The notes under the pieces are model-generated. The model made no database searches, was not told where the DNA came from, and saw nothing but the letters and a program-made list of their open reading frames with translations. DNA of 51,059 nucleotides, filler included, from Catajapyx aquilonaris (taxonomy: Eukaryota): the NCBI GenBank assembly GCA_000934665.2. It is 2 parts of 2 records of this genome, joined end to end, with 100 filler letters (N's around TTAATTAATTAA, not from the genome) between each part and the next. Parts side by side here need not be neighbours in the genome. Positions count along the whole stretch, not along the records: positions 25,581 to 51,059 come from KZ539337.1; 1 more part is not named here. One strand, 5' to 3'. Within the stretch, counting starts at the first letter, position 1; every line of letters begins with the position of its first letter. This document shows positions 49,601 through 51,059 of the stretch, piece after piece. A program made the position numbers and the translations under genes.

Positions 49601-49630
49601 AGGGGCCTTACCAAGGCCTATCAGTATACA

Positions 49631-49642
49631 TGGTGGCAGCGG
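49631..49642 (+). other. Primer-binding site complementary to the tRNA-Leu 3' end
   Basis: TGGTGGCAGCGG immediately follows the LTR-terminal CA; it is the complement of ..CCGCUGCCACCA. Confidence 0.7.
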
Positions 49643-49703
49643 GGTGAGACGTTCTACCCCTACCATTGTTGGAGACTCAAGTTCCGAGGTCAGAGCAGCG
49701 GAC

Positions 49704-50310
49704 ATGGCATCCTGCCCATTTCTACCTCCGGAACCTCTCGACTTCCAACATCCAGAAGCATGGACTCTTTGGAAAATGTGCTTCCAAAGGTACAGGACCC
49801 TGTCCAAGTTGGACAAGCAGCCGGCGGCCTATCAAGTCGATGCTTTAGTATACTGTATGGGACCTCAGGCGGAGGAAGTCTTGATAAATTTCCACCTGGA
49901 CGAGGTTGCTATGAGTGACTGCTGTTGATGTTGTTCGAGAATCACTTTGTCAAGAAGAACCGAACACAGGAGTTGAACGTCACGCAAGCCTGGCTGTCTG
50001 AAGACGTCAAGCAGCAGCAGCAGCAACGGGGTGAGCCGAGTCTACCCCTACCGTCAAAGCTAGACAGGGAGCCAGCGGCCGAACAGTGCGCCGTCACTCA
50101 GGCCAGGCTGTCCGTCAAGCAGCAGCAGTCTACTCTCCAAGGTATAAGGAGATGCTGGAACAGGACCGGGTTCACTCTTCCAGTCACACCAAAGGGTCCG
50201 CTGGTAAGAATAACGGTTCAAGTGGTCATAAGAACCAGAAGCATATTGCTTCCGAGATGTGTGCCTGTTTCAAGACAGCAGGGCACTACGGCGCAGTTTG
50301 TCAGTCATTC
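49704..50310 (+). pseudogene. gag: Disrupted retrotransposon gag
   Basis: MASCPFLPPEPLDFQHPEAWTLWKMCFQRYRTLSKLDKQPAAYQVDALVYCMGPQAEEV matches the typical Mag-clade gag start. It continues after a frameshift as FENHFVKKN, and after another as CACFKTAGHYGAVCQS (CCHC remnant). Confidence 0.75.
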
Positions 50311-51059
50311 CAAGAAGCTGACGTCCGAGAGCTGACGCAGTTGCCCATCACATGTTTGGGGAGCTTGGAAGCAAGAGAAGTCATCAACTACTCCGTCCAG
50401 GACCGTGTGGTGACTTCCGTCAAGGGCCACTACATGATAGCCACCGCCGGGACCAACGTTGGGGTCACTCCTCAGCAGGCATCCAAGCAGGATCTAGAGC
50501 TACACGAGGTTCTGGAGAGGAGGAAGTGCCGTAGCCTCAGGTCCTCCGGCAAGGTCTCCGGAGGAGGACAGACCAGTGTCGGACGCGGAGGATGCAGCCA
50601 GGTGGCCAAGAAGTCATCCTCAGAAGAGTACCAGAGCAGCATCAGGGACCGCCAGCCGGCGCCCATGGACGCTGCCCCTTCTGACGCCCCGGCTGAAGCA
50701 GCCGTGGAAGACGCGCCAGCCGACACCTCCAGCGCAGAGGACGTACGCGACAGCCGCTGTGTCCCTTACCGCAGGTACATGTTGGAGGCCATCGCCCCCC
50801 AGACGGAGCAGTCTGGCTGCATCCTGGAGGACAACCTGGACCACACCACCGACCGCCTGAAGGTCGACGAAAAGGACGTGGTCATCAAGCAGGTGCTGAA
50901 GAGGACATCCCTGACGCAGCCTAGATCCACGGGTCGCCCGCCGCCGAAGACGGGGAGATGTATTAAGCTGGGTTTACATGTGAGCGAAATGATCAGCGAT
51001 TTGCATCGCCAGCGATGAAATCCTAACGAAAGCAGTGATTTGGGCCGAAAGTAGCAATC

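Larger units (their letters stand above)
49480..50965 (+). mobile_element. Internally deleted, degenerate Ty3/Gypsy (Mag-like) LTR retrotransposon
   Basis: LTR end ..TATACA (49630), then PBS TGGTGGCAGCGG, gag N-terminus, degenerate zinc knuckle, a pol C-terminal-like RSTGR..TGR tail, polypurine tract GGGGAGA (50952-50958) and TGTATT. The left boundary (TGTATT at 49480) is tentative. Confidence 0.72.

Overview
Eukaryotic genomic DNA, most likely insect, from a gapped draft assembly. The six-frame ORF track is largely uninformative because the real genes are spliced. The left half (978-24952) holds a head-to-tail, minus-strand array of nine paralogous six-exon genes for ~140-aa secreted odorant-binding-protein-like (PBP/GOBP family) proteins. 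They share an 8-cysteine pattern, C-X15-C-X9-C-X3-C-X41-C-X15-C-X8-C-X8-CP (Plus-C-like, with a very short X9 spacer). Copies 1-6 are a recent expansion that includes a duplicated two-gene cassette, apparent gene-conversion tracts and pseudogenisation (copy 4 clearly, copy 6 by a 1-nt insertion, copy 2 with a mutated acceptor). Copies 7-9 are older, divergent and intact. Two orphan copies of the array's upstream regions survive without gene bodies, one beside a perfect 94-bp palindrome centred on the TATA-like box. Also present: a 2.5-kb foldback element, many MITEs, a mariner remnant, tRNA-derived SINE heads and an internally deleted Gypsy (Mag-like) LTR retroelement at the right end. An artificial N-TTAATTAATTAA-N linker at 25481-25580 means the right half may not be contiguous with the array. 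All gene models were spliced and translated by hand; no database searches were run.
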